From NCBI GenBank assembly GCA_951406725.2, contig OX597817.1, forward strand, positions 49,538,001 through 49,602,000: a DNA stretch of 64,000 bases, in the 5' to 3' direction. The position numbers and the translations under genes were made by a program. This DNA is from Octopus vulgaris. Taxonomy: Eukaryota. Below are positions 51,033-63,634 of the stretch, piece after piece; the first letter of the stretch is position 1, and every line of letters begins with the position of its first letter. The notes below the pieces were generated by a model. That model saw only the letters and a list, made by a program, of their open reading frames with translations, ran no database searches and was not told where the DNA came from.

Positions 51033-51070
51033 GCAGGCAGGCAGGCAGGCAGGCAGACAGACAGATAGAC

Positions 51071-51151
<81 letters not shown>

Positions 51152-51660
51152 TAATATTAATATAAATTCAGGAAACTTAATTGATATCTTAAGTTTTATA
51201 ACACACACGTTCCAATAAATCAACTGACAAGATTACGCAATAGTTTAGTGAAATTGCATAATCTTATCGATTCACATCGTCAGTGTTTTCAGCAAATAAT
51301 ACAAACTATAGCGTTAAGTTTACACAGTATGACTCTCCGTAATGCAGACTACCCAAAACATTGATGATGTGGTGGAACGTCGTGTGGCGGAGTGCTAAGT
51401 AATAGGACGATGTAAATAGAAGACAAGAAAGATCGACATGAAGAAGATATTGAAGATAGCGGCTTTTCTTACATATTTAGGGACACTCAGATACATCGTA
51501 GATAACCCTGCACATAAATAGACACTAGCCTTACGATACTTCCTGGGAGTTCATGGTATGAATTTCATTGACATTGATCCGATTTGGTCGCCGATGTCAT
51601 GCATTTAGTTTAAAATGCAGTAAAAATTAGGTCCCCAATAAGGCAGCCCTTAAAAAAATA

Positions 51661-52100
51661 CCGTAAATCCTCGATTATAGTCCGCCCTTGAGTATAATAC
51701 GCGGCGGATTTTTAGAGGGCTGTACCTCTGAAAAACCTAACCCTTGTGTGTAATACGCACCTCTTCTCTAACTTGAGTCATGTGGGAATGTAAATATGTT
51801 TGCAAATTGTTTTTGTTATATGTTATTCTGAATTTTGAATACTTTTATTTTAATAAATGTTGCTTATTGCAAGTTATGGATGATTCTTTTATGACTTCAT
51901 TGCTTTCAGGCTTAGCTTAAGGTATTTTCGCGCCCGACATCACAAATTGCGTCTGAATAAACATTGCCAGACAGCAAATAGAGACTCGGACATTGCTTAG
52001 AAAATATTTTTTTCATTTTTAACCTTTTATATAGTATGCACTAGGGATTTTGACCTTTAAATTTTGGGAAAAAATGCGGATTATACTCGAGAATTTACGG
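51661..52100. mobile_element. Tc1/mariner-pogo-type MITE
   Basis: TA|CCGTAAATCCTCGATTATAGTCCGC ... GCGGATTATACTCGAGAATTTACGG|TA. Confidence 0.85.
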
Positions 52101-52860
52101 TAGACCCCCTTAGGACATTCCTGGGATTAGGGAAGTTGCTGATTTGAGTTTCGTTGTCCTTGCACAAATGGTCTAGTGGAAGTTAACGAACATACAAACG
52201 TAACGGACAGAAAAACATCACTCAAATTTATATTAAAATGGTAGATGAGATAAAGGAAGAATTAACTTTGAAACTACGCATGGTCAATAGTGACAACAAC
52301 AACAACAACATCAACAACGGCAACAGCAGTGGAGGCGCAATGGCCCTGTGGTTAGGGCAGCGGACTCGCGGTTTCGATTCCCAGACCGGGTGTTGTGTGT
52401 GTTTATTGAGTGTTTATTGGCAGCAGAGAGATATTCAGGGGGTCATGGTCTGGATATGATCCTGCCCCCTTTGACTGTAAGGAGCTAAGGGCTTAGTTTT
52501 TCTTTGAAGATCTTCAGATGTTTAGCTCTGCTTAGAGTTTCTTATCAACCAGCTTCAATGAACTTGGCCTAATTCAGATGAAGCGTATATTCGTGAAAAT
52601 CTCCGTAGTATTCGTAAAAATCTCTCTAGGAAGCGGCATGTTGTGTACCACCCTTCTCTGCCTCTTCCACTCGCACGCGTCCATCATCGCACGCTATATT
52701 TATAAACACACCCGCGCATACTGTACCGGATCTACACGAGAAGTGTTCCACGCATATATAGATGAACACACTCACACACACACATGCACAATTACCGATG
52801 CACCTATGCATGCATATACACACATTCACCACAAACGCCTTCTTTGCCATCACATACGGC

Positions 52861-53273
52861 AGGAGGCACAATGACCCAGTGGTTAGGGCAGCAGACTCGC
52901 AGTCGGAGGATCGCGGTTTCGATTCCCAGACTGGGCGTTGTGTGTGTTTATTGAGCGAAAACACCTAAAGCTCCACGAGGCTCCGGCAGGGGTGGTGGCG
53001 AACCCCGTTGTGCTCTTTCGCTCTAACTTTCCCTCACTCTTTCTTCCTGTTTCTTGTCCCCGACTTCCTACGCAACCGCTGAGCCTGGATGCGCATTCAT
53101 CCATGCGTCGATGCTCTCGGTGTCGGGGGTTGACCTGCTTTCTCTTCTGCGGGTCTTACGAATAGCAACGGACCACGTTTCGGACTTCTCCTACTACAGA
53201 CAATCCTGAGGCACGATCTTGCGAGCTCTGGGACGAAGACCGCTCCGCTCAACAAACAAACAAACAAACAAAC
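52861..53273 (+). mobile_element. SINE family C with tail 2
   Basis: Homologous to 8636 and 22508; (CAAA)n end. Confidence 0.88.
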
Positions 53274-53414
53274 GCTCACATTCGGCAACTTTTACAGTTA
53301 CTACCTTTCTCCACCCACTCGCCTATTCACTGTTGCACGTGAACTTATTTGTCTGTTGGTATTCACATAAACAATGGTAAATTATCTGATCATTTTATGC
53401 AAGTTCATAAGATC

Positions 53415-53690
53415 CACGATATTGACCGCCTGACCATTGGAACGCGTCTCTTCCACAAGAATTTTAATAAGAGACCCTTCAAACTGGTCAAGCAGTAATT
53501 GGGACAAGGCACGACGCTCAGGCGATAAAGGATAATGGAGGCGATGTAAGGATTCGCCACCTCTAACTGACCTTACTGGGAAAGCTTCCTTTCAGCCAAT
53601 TTCCATGTAAGACCGGCCACTCTGTTCACCACTTCGTCCCAGTTCTTATCAACCTGGAGGTCGGGACCAAACCAGACCCCGAGAAGTTAA
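53415..53690 (-). pseudogene. L1/Tx1-like LINE relic
   Basis: Reverse LLGVWFGPDLQVDKNWDEVVNRV..ERKLSQ*GQLEVANPYIASIILYRLSVVPCP..KFLWKRRVPMVRRSI. Confidence 0.7.
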
Positions 53691-54138
53691 ACACAAGGCC
53701 TGAAATTTGGAGGGAGGGAAGAAGTCTATTATATTGGCCCCAGTGTTTCACTGGTACCAAATTTAAACATAGAGGGGACAGACAAAGGGATTAAGTCGAT
53801 TACATCGACTTAACTGGTACTTATTTAATCGACCCCGAAAGGATGAAAGGCAAAGTCGACCTCGGCGGAATTTGAACTAAGAACGTAGCGGCAGACGACA
53901 TACCTATTTCTTTACTACCCACAAGGAACTAAACACAGAGAGGACAAACAAGGACAGACAAACAGATTAAGTCGATTACAACAACCCCAGTGCATAACTG
54001 GTATTTTATTTATCGACCCCGAAACGATGAAAGGCAAAGTCGACCTCGGCGGAATTTGAACTCAGAAGGTAACAACGGCAGACGAAATACGGCTACGCAT
54101 TTCGCCCGGCGTGCTAACGTTTTTGCCAGCTCGCCGCC

Positions 54139-54140
<2 letters not shown>
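53690..54140 (-). mobile_element. SINE family B multimer
   Basis: Two units plus a partial third. Confidence 0.85.
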
Positions 54141-54213
<73 letters not shown>

Positions 54214-54728
54214 GATAAATAAATAAATGACAGGAATTCGCTGAGGTTATTACCCCATCCGGATCTAATTTATATTTATAAATGTTGACAAGTTAGTGGA
54301 AGAAGATTGAGTTCGTTGTTCTAAATTCGAGACCTTTTAATACATTGAATAATTCCATCGTTCTGAGAGCTAAAAGAAATAAGTTTTGAACCTTTTCAAA
54401 ACAAGAAAAGTTTGTGAAACAAACGAATGTGAAATAAAAAAAGAATTTCATCTTCGAAGCATTTAGAAAACAATTTGAAATTACTGACATCCACAAATAA
54501 TATATTTCTCTAAATAGAATCTTTCTAGTTTTTTTGAAAGAGATAGAAGGAGGCTAGTCGATTACACCGCCCCCCCCCCCAAGTCTTAAATGGTACTTAT
54601 TTTATCGAAAATATGACAGACAAAATCGACCGCACTGACATTTTAACTCAGAGCGTAAAGATCCGGAAGAAATGCTGCTAAGCATTTTGTCCGGCGTGGT
54701 AACGATGCTACCAGCTCATCGCTTTCTA

Positions 54729-54985
54729 TTGGGTTGTCCGGAAAGTTTGTGCCGATTTTTAAAGATGGAGACGCACAATGCATCTCCATCTTTCCTTTAA
54801 CTTGAAAATACCTCCTTCCCAGAATTGAGGTGGTTTCATGGCAAAGAATTCATCAAGGTATCTTTTTACGTCATCCAAGGAATTGAAATTTTTACCATTA
54901 AGACTATTCAGCAGAGACCTGAATAAGTGGAAATCCGAAGGAGCAATATCCCAGCCGAGCTGCAGCAATTTTTGTCTGGTTCCCA
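54729..54985 (-). pseudogene. Mariner transposase C-terminal relic with TIR
   Basis: QKLLQLGWDIAPSDFHLFRSLLNSLNGKNF..FWEGGIFKLKERW; TA|TTGGGTTGTCCGGAAAG terminus. Confidence 0.85.
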
Positions 54986-55049
54986 AGTGCCGAAAAATCA
55001 CCGTCGGGATTCGAACTCGAGACCTTTTAATACATTGAATAATTCCATC

Positions 55050-55410
55050 GTTCTCTCTCTCTTTCTCTTTCTCTCTCCTCTTCTATCTATCTTTCTCTCT
55101 CTCTCCTTCTTTCTCTCTATCTTTCTCCCCTTCACTCTCTCCCCCTCTCTCTCCTCTTCTCTCTCCCCTTTTCTCTCTCTCTTTCTCTCTCTCTCTCACA
55201 TTCTGTTTCTCCCCCTCTTTCTCCAACACACGCACTCTGTTTCTCCCCTCTCTTTCTCTCTCTCCCTTTCTTTCTCTCTATCTGTCTTTCTCTTCTCTGT
55301 CTCTCTCACACACACACATATACACACTCCCTCTCTCTCACATACATACACTCCCCCTCTCTCTCACACATACGCACACTTTCCCTCTCTCTCTCTCTCT
55401 CTCTCCCTCT
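55050..55410. repeat. CT-rich low-complexity tract
   Basis: Direct inspection. Confidence 0.9.
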
Positions 55411-55705
55411 CGAAGAAATCCGTTGTTTTCAAATCTGGAGAGGGATAGGCTCCGTCAGTTTTAAAATGCTCTAAACTTATTGTACGTCCCGATGGCGTCA
55501 CTGCAACTCCCCGAGGAGTCAAAGACCCACCACTGACATGTCATCACGATTACTGCACCGTGTATCTTGCAAACATAGCTAACTCTTCAACAACTGAGTC
55601 TGTCTGTCTATCTGCAAATACCATGTTCGTGACCTTCATTGCTGGGTTTTAATCCTCCCGTTGACAAAATCTACGACATATTATTATTTCTAGCCAGAGA
55701 ACATG

Positions 55706-55803
55706 CGGAATGAGACGATTTGGGATAGATGTCTGGACACTGGGGATTTAAAACGGTTGACTGGTCATTCAGCCTGTTTTGGTGGTAGTAATTTTTAGGA
55801 CCG

Positions 55804-55861
<58 letters not shown>

Positions 55862-56112
55862 CACACACATACACATACACACACAAACGCATACACACAC
55901 TCACGTACTGAAATATACGCATAAAGATAGTGAGAGAGAATGAGATTACGCATACATACAAACATGCTTAGGTGTTCACGCATATAAAAAGAGGAGGGTA
56001 AGGAAAAGAAGAGTAACATCAAAACAAGAAAAATAAAGAGTGTCTTATGTCAAATAAGTCAGCGTCGAATCAACGGCTGCGCCGAAACAGCTGTGTCGAA
56101 ACGTTTCATGAT
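55706..56112. mobile_element. Old TIR-type element (family of 20805 and 49228)
   Basis: GGAATGAGACGATTTGGG left end; GCCGAAACAGCTGTGTCGAAACGTTTCAT right end. Confidence 0.45.
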
Positions 56113-56254
56113 TGAGAAGGTTCTCTGTTGTTTTACGCCTAAGCAATTTGACCAAAATCCGCCATACATTGCTAGAAGCAAAAGCAGTAGTGAGAAATCT
56201 TGCAGAACATAAGTTTAAAAAAGAGTCCAGAAACAATACCTCCAAATTCCAAAA

Positions 56255-56868
56255 TCTTCCATAGTGATTTCATCATCCATACTCTCAACAATACGCTCTT
56301 AAATGTGGTTTCTGATTACAAATATCTTGGGTCATACTTATCATCATCTGGAAAAGATTTTCTAACTAGGAAGGGTATGGCCTGGTCAGCTTGTAATGAT
56401 ATGCATAATATCTGGTCATCAAATCTAAGTAGAGATTTCAAACTTAAAATCTTCAAAGCCACAATCGAACCAATTCTGCTATATGGCTCAGAAACCTGGA
56501 CGTTATCAAAGAAACTTGAGAGGCGGTTGGATGGAACTTACACTCGCCTCCTTATGAGAGCTCAAAATCTCTCGTGGAGGCGTCATCCAACCAAAGTACA
56601 AATATATGGGAAATTACCACCTGTATCATCTCTAGTGAAAGGTAGAAGAGTCCAGTTTGCTGGACATTGTTATAGAGCTGAAAACGAAGTAATTTCTACT
56701 CTTCTCCTCTGGAAGCTATCTGCTCGCGATACAAGAGGGCGCACACTCTCCTACCCTGATGTAATCTCCAGGGATACTGGACCTCCGTAATGCTAATATG
56801 AACCGTGAAGTCTGGCGTAACATAGTAAAATCCATTGTCTCGACCACGGTCGAACAATGATGAATGAT
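56255..56868 (+). pseudogene. RTE-X-like LINE 3' fragment
   Basis: YKYLGS..FKATIEPILLYGSETWTLSKKLERRLDGTYTRLLMRAQNLSW..RRVQFAGHCYR; ends in TGA-type repeats. Confidence 0.88.
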
Positions 56869-57152
56869 ACCTCCAATCGACATTCCCGCTAATAACACCT
56901 TCGGTCGTTTCCCACTCTTACTTCATCTGAAGTGAATCAAAACAAATGAATGGAAATTGATAAATCATGAAACACAATTTGTAATATTTTCGTTGAAACA
57001 AGGTAAATAAAAAGCAAGGTGGTCCTTTGACAGAATCTGAGGAGCATTCGATACGCCGCTAAACATTTTGACCTACGCGCTAACTTTTCAACCAGTTCGC
57101 CATTTTAAAAACTAAAACAGTAAAAAGTAAACGAAGAGAAAAGTTGTTATTA

Positions 57153-57377
57153 CAGTAATCCCTCGACTGTCGCAGGTGTTACGTTCCAAAACTCACCGCC
57201 ACAGGTGAAAATCCTTGATGTAGAAATAGTACTGTACTGTGTATATATATTTTTTTAATTTTTATAATTTGTATATATTTGTTTTATTATAAATGCAAAA
57301 TAACACCACGGAGGAATCGACGTAAGGTTAAATAATAAACCGCGATAGGTGGACCGCGATATGGTGAGGGAATACTG
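57153..57377. mobile_element. Tigger/pogo-type MITE
   Basis: TA|CAGTAATCCCTCG ... TGAGGGAATACTG. Confidence 0.7.
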
Positions 57378-57711
57378 TTTATGATTAATAACTTACACAT
57401 TTGAAACAGAAAACTTAAAATTTATAAATAAAGTCAGCTGAGACTGGTGGCGCTTATAATTTCTTTCCAGCAGTTTAAATTACAGAATTCAAATTCAGTT
57501 GTGGATCTTCAAGAACTTAGCTCGACACACGGATTCATCACATGACAATAACTTTCTATCCACTTAGCAGAATTCATATGACCATAGAAAGAGGATATCG
57601 AATGATATAACATGCAAATTTTTACGAAAAGAAGATGCAATGTAAGTGGAATGAAGTGACCTCCAATTTGAAATTAAATCGTATCGCAAACTCAGACCGT
57701 CGGAATATTTT

Positions 57712-58541
57712 TGTTTTCTACTCTAGGCACAAGGCCCGAAATATTGGGTGGAGGGAGTCAAGTCGATTAGATCGACCCCAGCATGCAACTGGTACTTAAT
57801 TTATCGACTGCGAAAGGATGAAAGACAAAGTCGGCCTCGGCGAAATTTGAACTCAAAACGTAAAGACAGACGAAATACCGCTAAATATTTCGCCCGGCAT
57901 GCTAACGTTTCTTATTTCTTTACTGCCCACAAGGGGCTACACACAAAGGGGACAAACAAGGATAGACAAACAGATTAAGTCGATTAGATCGACTCCAATG
58001 CGTAACTGGTACTTATTTAATCGACTCCGAAAGGACGAAAGGCAAAGTCGACCTCGGCGGAATTTGAACTCAGAACGTAGCGGCATACGAAATACCTATT
58101 TCTTTATTACCCACAGGGGGATAAACATAGAGGGGACAAACAAGGACAAAGGGATTAAGTCGATTACATTGACACCAGTGCATAACTGGTACTTATTTAA
58201 TCGACCCCGAAAGGGTGAAAGGCAAAGTCGACCTCGGCGGAATTTGAACTTACAACGTAACGGCAGACGAAATACGGCTATGCTTTTCGCCCGGCGTGCT
58301 AACGATTCTGCCAGCTCGCCGCCTTCTTTTCAACTCTAGGCACAACGCTCAAAATTTTGGGGGAAGGGGTCAGTCGATTAGATCGACCCCAGTGCGTAAC
58401 TGGTATTAAATTTATCAACTCCGAAAGGATGAAAGGCAAAGTCAACCTCGGCGGAATTTGATCTCAGAACATAAAAACAGACGTAATACTGTTTTAAGTA
58501 TTTCGCCCGGTGTGCTAACGTTTCTGCCAGCTCGCCGCCTT
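57712..58541 (-). mobile_element. SINE family B tetramer
   Basis: Four head-to-tail units using two tail types. Confidence 0.88.
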
Positions 58542-59017
58542 CCGTCTGAATATTATTGTGCTCCATTGGCATGTCACTTATTGCCACTTATTAGATAATA
58601 ACCCATTGTGTTGTCACAAGATCGGGAATTTATTACAGAAGAGATAAAAATCATTTAGGTTAACTTTAGTGTATTGTTGATGTTCTGGAAAGATAAATGA
58701 CAAACATAATTCAGGCTAAAATTGAACTTCAGAACTTAAACGATCGAAACGAAACTAAATTGAATTTATTTATTTAATCTGCTTCTATCTTCCGCTCCTT
58801 TTTTCTTGCAAAGTTTATTAAAGCGGGATTTAATTATAATCCTTTAAACCTGCGAGTACGCTTTAGCGGGCACGATTTCGTTTGACTTTAATTGTGAAGG
58901 GCGTAAAAGCGAACGGCTACATAGTTTTATGTGAAGGTGTTTGGTCTAGTAGTTTGAATGTTACACTCACGATTTACAAGATCGTACGTGGTTTCGATTC
59001 CGAGCCTGGGTGGTGCA

Positions 59018-59559
59018 TAGTGGCGGCTAGCGTATAGGCACTGCGGAACTGCAGCAACTCCTATTTCCACTCGATATTAGCGATAACATTCTATATAATG
59101 AGTCCTTTTTTTCTTTAATTCTTTCTTTATACTTGTACACTATATAATCCTTAAGCTCAATGCCAGTAGCCATCTCTTGGTTAATGAAACAAAATACAAA
59201 AATCCTTGTATAGAACTGTATGCTTCACAGTTCGAGCGATGCGGTGGTTGGCTGTTCTGCGCATGCTCACATGGCCGAGATAGGAAGTTGCGCGCTAGGG
59301 AGAGAGATCACTATTGTTCACGCAGTGCCGACTCTGGTATGCTGGTGAAAAGTAGTGTTTCTTTTTGACTCCGCGTGTGTTGCGCTTAAAAATGTGTTTA
59401 TATTCTTGATTGTGAAAAAGTGTAGGATTAAATTATTATTCTGCATCCAGCTACAATGTTGCTGCCAAGATTTGAAAAAATATTTACACGATATTAAAAC
59501 AGCAGCTAAAAATTTTCTGAAGCAGTTCCCCCAGTTATTTTATCTACGATCCGGCACTG
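59018..59559. mobile_element. hAT-like MITE inserted in a D-type SINE (58931-59760)
   Basis: TAGTGGCGG..GGAACTGC / GCAGTTCC..CCGGCACTG; 8-bp TSD GTGGTGCA/GTGGTACG (2 mismatches). Confidence 0.6.
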
Positions 59560-60259
59560 GTGGTACGTTATGTTTTTGAACAGAACATATCATTTCACGC
59601 TGCCCCACTCCGCTTAATTGTAAATGTGTCGCCTAGTGGCGGAATGGTGTCCCATTCAGGGGAAATGTGATCTCGGTCGTTTATACACGATGGAAGTCGG
59701 GTAACCGATCCCAAGGGTCCTAGGGCTTGAGACAATAACGTCCAGGGAACTTGCTTTACTCTTACGCTTGGCAAGGTTTTGTATCTACGGATAGCTAGTT
59801 GTCACAAACCATGGGGGCATCCGTTTTCGCATCTTCCATGTATTATAATTAAAAGGATACGAGTCCGCTAAAGCGAACTCCTAGGTTCAAAACGTTAAAC
59901 CAGTGAATAAAACATCCAGTCTGTTTCTCTATGTTCTCTGTTATCCATGACGTTGCGAAATATAACCACCTATACTCGTTTATCACTGATTCATTTATCG
60001 CGGATTCACTTATCACGGATCCGGGATAACACAGTATGCTCACTGTGAAACGTGTTACGCTTATTACCAATTGATTTGCGATGGCAAGAGTCGGCGATCA
60101 GTCACAGATTCTGCTTGGACCGCAAAAGTGCGCCCCAGCAATTATCCACAAAGCTCACTATGATATGGGGTCTCAGAGCGAAATCTATTTTTCTCATAAA
60201 CTCTATTATGCTCTATTATTCATTTATCACTGGTTCGCTTCAAAAAGGTATTTTTTAAC

Positions 60260-61050
60260 AGGCACAGGAATGGCTATGTGATAAGAAGTTTAAATCCTAA
60301 CCTAGCCACAGGATTGGCTGTGTGATAAGTAGCTTGCTTACCAACCATATGGCTCTGGGTTCAGTCTCACTGCGTGGTACCTTGGGCAAGTGTCTTCTAC
60401 TATAGTCTCGGGCCGACCAAAGCCTTGTGAGTGGATTTGGTAGACGGAAACTGAAAGAAGCCCGTCGTATATATGTATATATACATATATACATGTGTGT
60501 GTGTGTGTGTGTCTGTGTTTGTTTCATCCCCCACTCAACATTGCTTGACAACCGATGCTGATGTGTTTATGTCCCCGTAACTTAGCGGTTCGGCAAAACG
60601 AGACCGATAGAATAAGTACTAGGCTTACAAAGAATAAGTCCTGGGGTCGATTTGCTCGACTAAAGGTGGTGCTCCAGCATGGCCGCAGTCAAATGACTGA
60701 AACAAGTAAAAGAGTAAAAGAGAGTAAAGAGTAATCACATGGTTTCGGGTTCAGTTCCATTGCGTGGCACTTTGGTCAAGTGTCTTCTACTATAATCCAG
60801 GGCTGAACAAAGCCTTGTGAGTGGATTTGGTACACGGAAATTAAAAGAAACTCGTCGTATTTGCGCGCGCATATGTGTGTATCCACCACCACTTGACACT
60901 TGGTGTTGGTGTGCTTACAATCCCATAACTTAACAGTTCAGCAAAAGATAACGACAGAATAATATAGTGGTCGATTTATTCAACTGAAAACTTCATGATG
61001 GCGCCCCAGCATGGCTACAGTCCAATGATTGAAACAAATGAAAGATAAAA
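60260..61050 (+). mobile_element. Nested/tandem SINE family A copies
   Basis: Young copy about 60305-60733 inside an older copy. Confidence 0.85.
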
Positions 61051-61484
61051 GATTTTTAAAAAAACACCCGTGATAAACGAGGATAGGTGTAATCAGATGC
61101 AAATAACAAAACACATAGCTTCTCTCCTTCCGGTGGAGACGAAGATTAATTAGACAAGCAGACCACTTCCCCAACAGATTTCGTTCCTGCTTTTCAAATT
61201 CTTCTGTAGCACACTTTTTTTAAGGATGACGTATCTAGACTGGATGACTGCCTCTACAATTACTATTTTTCTTATTTGATATTATTCTAATACAAATAAT
61301 TTTCAGGAAGGTCATCCGTCGTGTGAACTGCAAACATGATTAGAATTAATTAGTTATTAGCATCTGAAATATGAAAAATATGTTCACTCCTTGGTTTCAA
61401 CTCAATTATTTAAACTGTGTTTATTTGTTCTATACTTGTTTATGCGCACATAGAATGAAATTACGGCATCCTTAATTACTATAA

Positions 61485-61695
61485 GTTTCAAATTTTGGCA
61501 CAAGGCCAGCAATTTTTTGGTGGGTTTAAGTGGATTGCATCAACCCTTGTACTCAACTGGTACGTATTTTGTCAACCCCGAAAGGATGATAGGCAAAGTG
61601 GACCTCGACAGAATTTGAACTCAGAACGTAAGGACGAACGAAAAGTTGATAAGCATTTTGCTCGACGTGCTAGCGATAAAGCCACCTCGCCACCT
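61485..61695 (-). mobile_element. SINE family B, diverged
   Basis: B consensus, reverse strand. Confidence 0.75.
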
Positions 61696-62177
61696 GTCAT
61701 TCTTAATCCATATTAAAATCATAGGAAAGATGGCGAACATTGAAGCAGTGTGGAATTAATCAAGTAGCAAGAAACGGATCCTACAGATGACTCAGTATTT
61801 TCAAGAACTTCACTCTAAAGATTTTATTAGATTAGTACTCGCGTACCTTTGCCGTCATGAAAGATTTGGTGCTTAAGGTTAGTCTAATCTTTGGTATACC
61901 TCCATGATTTTACAAGTTACTACTGCACTAATAGTAGGAGTGGCTATGTGGTAAGTAACTTGCTTACCAACCACATGGTTCCAGGTTCAGACCCACTATG
62001 TGGCACCTTGAGTAGGTATCTTCAACTATAGCTTCAGGCCGACCAAAACCTTGTAAGTGTATTTGGTAGACGGAAACTGAAAGAAGCCCATCGTATATAT
62101 ATATATAGTCCTGAGGTCTCTGAATAAATATCTAATACTCCTTACTCACACACACACACACGCATTCACACATATAG

Positions 62178-62556
62178 CGGAGGCACAATGGCCCAGTGGT
62201 TAGGGCATCGGCCTCCCGGTCATAAGATCGTGGTATCAATTCCCAGACTGGGCGTTGTGAGTGTTTATTGAGCGTAAACACCAGTAGCTGCACGAGGCTT
62301 CAGCAGGGGCTGGTGGTGAACCCTGCTGTATTCTTTCACCACAACTTTCTCTCACTCTTTCTTCCTGTTTCTGTTGTACCTGCATTTCACAGGGCCCAGC
62401 CTTGTCACACACTGTGTCATGCTGAATCTCCCCGAGAACTACATTACGGGGTACGCATGTCTGTGGCGTGCTCAGCCACTTGCACGTTAATTTCACAAAC
62501 TGGATGTTCCGTTGATCGGACCAACTGGGACCCTTGTCATTGTAACCGACGGAATC
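62178..62556 (+). mobile_element. SINE family C with tail 3
   Basis: C head and body joined to the tail seen at 36112. Confidence 0.85.
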
Positions 62557-62562
62557 AGGACG

Positions 62563-62752
62563 CCATGATAGATCGTTAGCTCCTACACGCATTTTTTTCT
62601 CTCCTTGTTTTTTTTTTTCTGTGTATCTTTCTGTCGAAGAGCGTAGGCTCGAAACGTAAAAGACTTTTTCTATTCCTGAGCGCTATACTAATACATTTGT
62701 TTGTTTGTACTCCACCTGCCTTCGTCTTTTGTTTATTGTCGTAAACTTTCCC
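62563..62752 (+). mobile_element. About 190-bp Penelope-LTR-like element with hammerhead-like motif (62626-62663)
   Basis: TCTTT-CTGTCGA-AGAGCGTAGGCTC-GAAA-CG-TA-AAAGA; followed by (TA)n. Confidence 0.75.
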
Positions 62753-62765
62753 TTTATATATATAT

Positions 62766-63075
62766 AGGCGCAGGCATGGTTGTGTGGTATCTCAACCACA
62801 TGGTTTTAGGTTGAGTCCCGTTGTGAGGCACCTTGGGCAAGTGTCTTTATTATAGCCTTGGACTGACCATAGCCTTTCGAGTGGATTTGGTAGACAGAAA
62901 CTGAAAGAAGCCTGTTGTGTATATGTATGTATGTACGTATGTATGTATTTATGTAGGTGTGTGTGCATGTGTCCGTACATGTGTACCCATGTGTGCATGT
63001 GTATGTGTGTGTATGTATCTATGTGTGTGTGTCTTTGTGTCTATGTTTGTCCTCACTACAGCTTGAAAACGGGCA
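62766..63075 (+). mobile_element. SINE family A, partial
   Basis: A head and centre. Confidence 0.8.
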
Positions 63076-63356
63076 GTGTGATCCATTAGCAGTTTGATCC
63101 ATAGTAACACCATTTAATGGAATAGCTCTCTCGCTGTTCCAGTGAACGAGCTTTATATGGTCCAGATCTAAAATTAACATATTTTAAAGTTCCTGTTTCT
63201 TATTTATTTTGCATTATTATTTGTTACACTCTATTTTATGAGATAACCTATCACTAATATTTTGTTATGTCATGGTTGCACTTTAATCTTTTGATATATT
63301 TTACCTTGTTACAGTCATTTGTTTTCCTTGTAAGGTGCATACCTGTGCGTGAGTAT

Positions 63357-63462
63357 ATGTGTCCTCAAGAAAAATCTCAGCAAAAGAACCAAAGTGTAAA
63401 AATAAGCAAGACAAATGAAAATATACGAAATAAAAAAACCTGTGTGTGTGTGTGTGAGTATA

Positions 63463-63537
<75 letters not shown>

Positions 63538-63634
63538 CTCTCACACACGCGTTTTTTTTATTTCGTATATTTTCATTTGTCTTGCTTATTTTTACACTTT
63601 GGTTCTTTTGCTGAGATTTTTCTTGAGGACACAT
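63357..63634. repeat. About 82-bp near-perfect inverted repeat around a (TG)n(TA)n spacer
   Basis: 63357-63439 is the reverse complement of 63551-63634 apart from a 1-nt homopolymer difference. Confidence 0.92.

Noticed and set aside
51221-51290. Hammerhead on minus strand (CTGACGA..GTGAA/TTCAC..GTC)
   Set aside because: GAAA is replaced by TAAA, stems I and III pair poorly, and an alternative simple hairpin fits as well
56076-56105. GCCGAAACAGCTGT hammerhead-like string
   Set aside because: No core; it belongs to the subterminal repeats of the TIR element
56200-56790. Functional 196-aa gene
   Set aside because: 5'-truncated LINE fragment lacking the RT catalytic core
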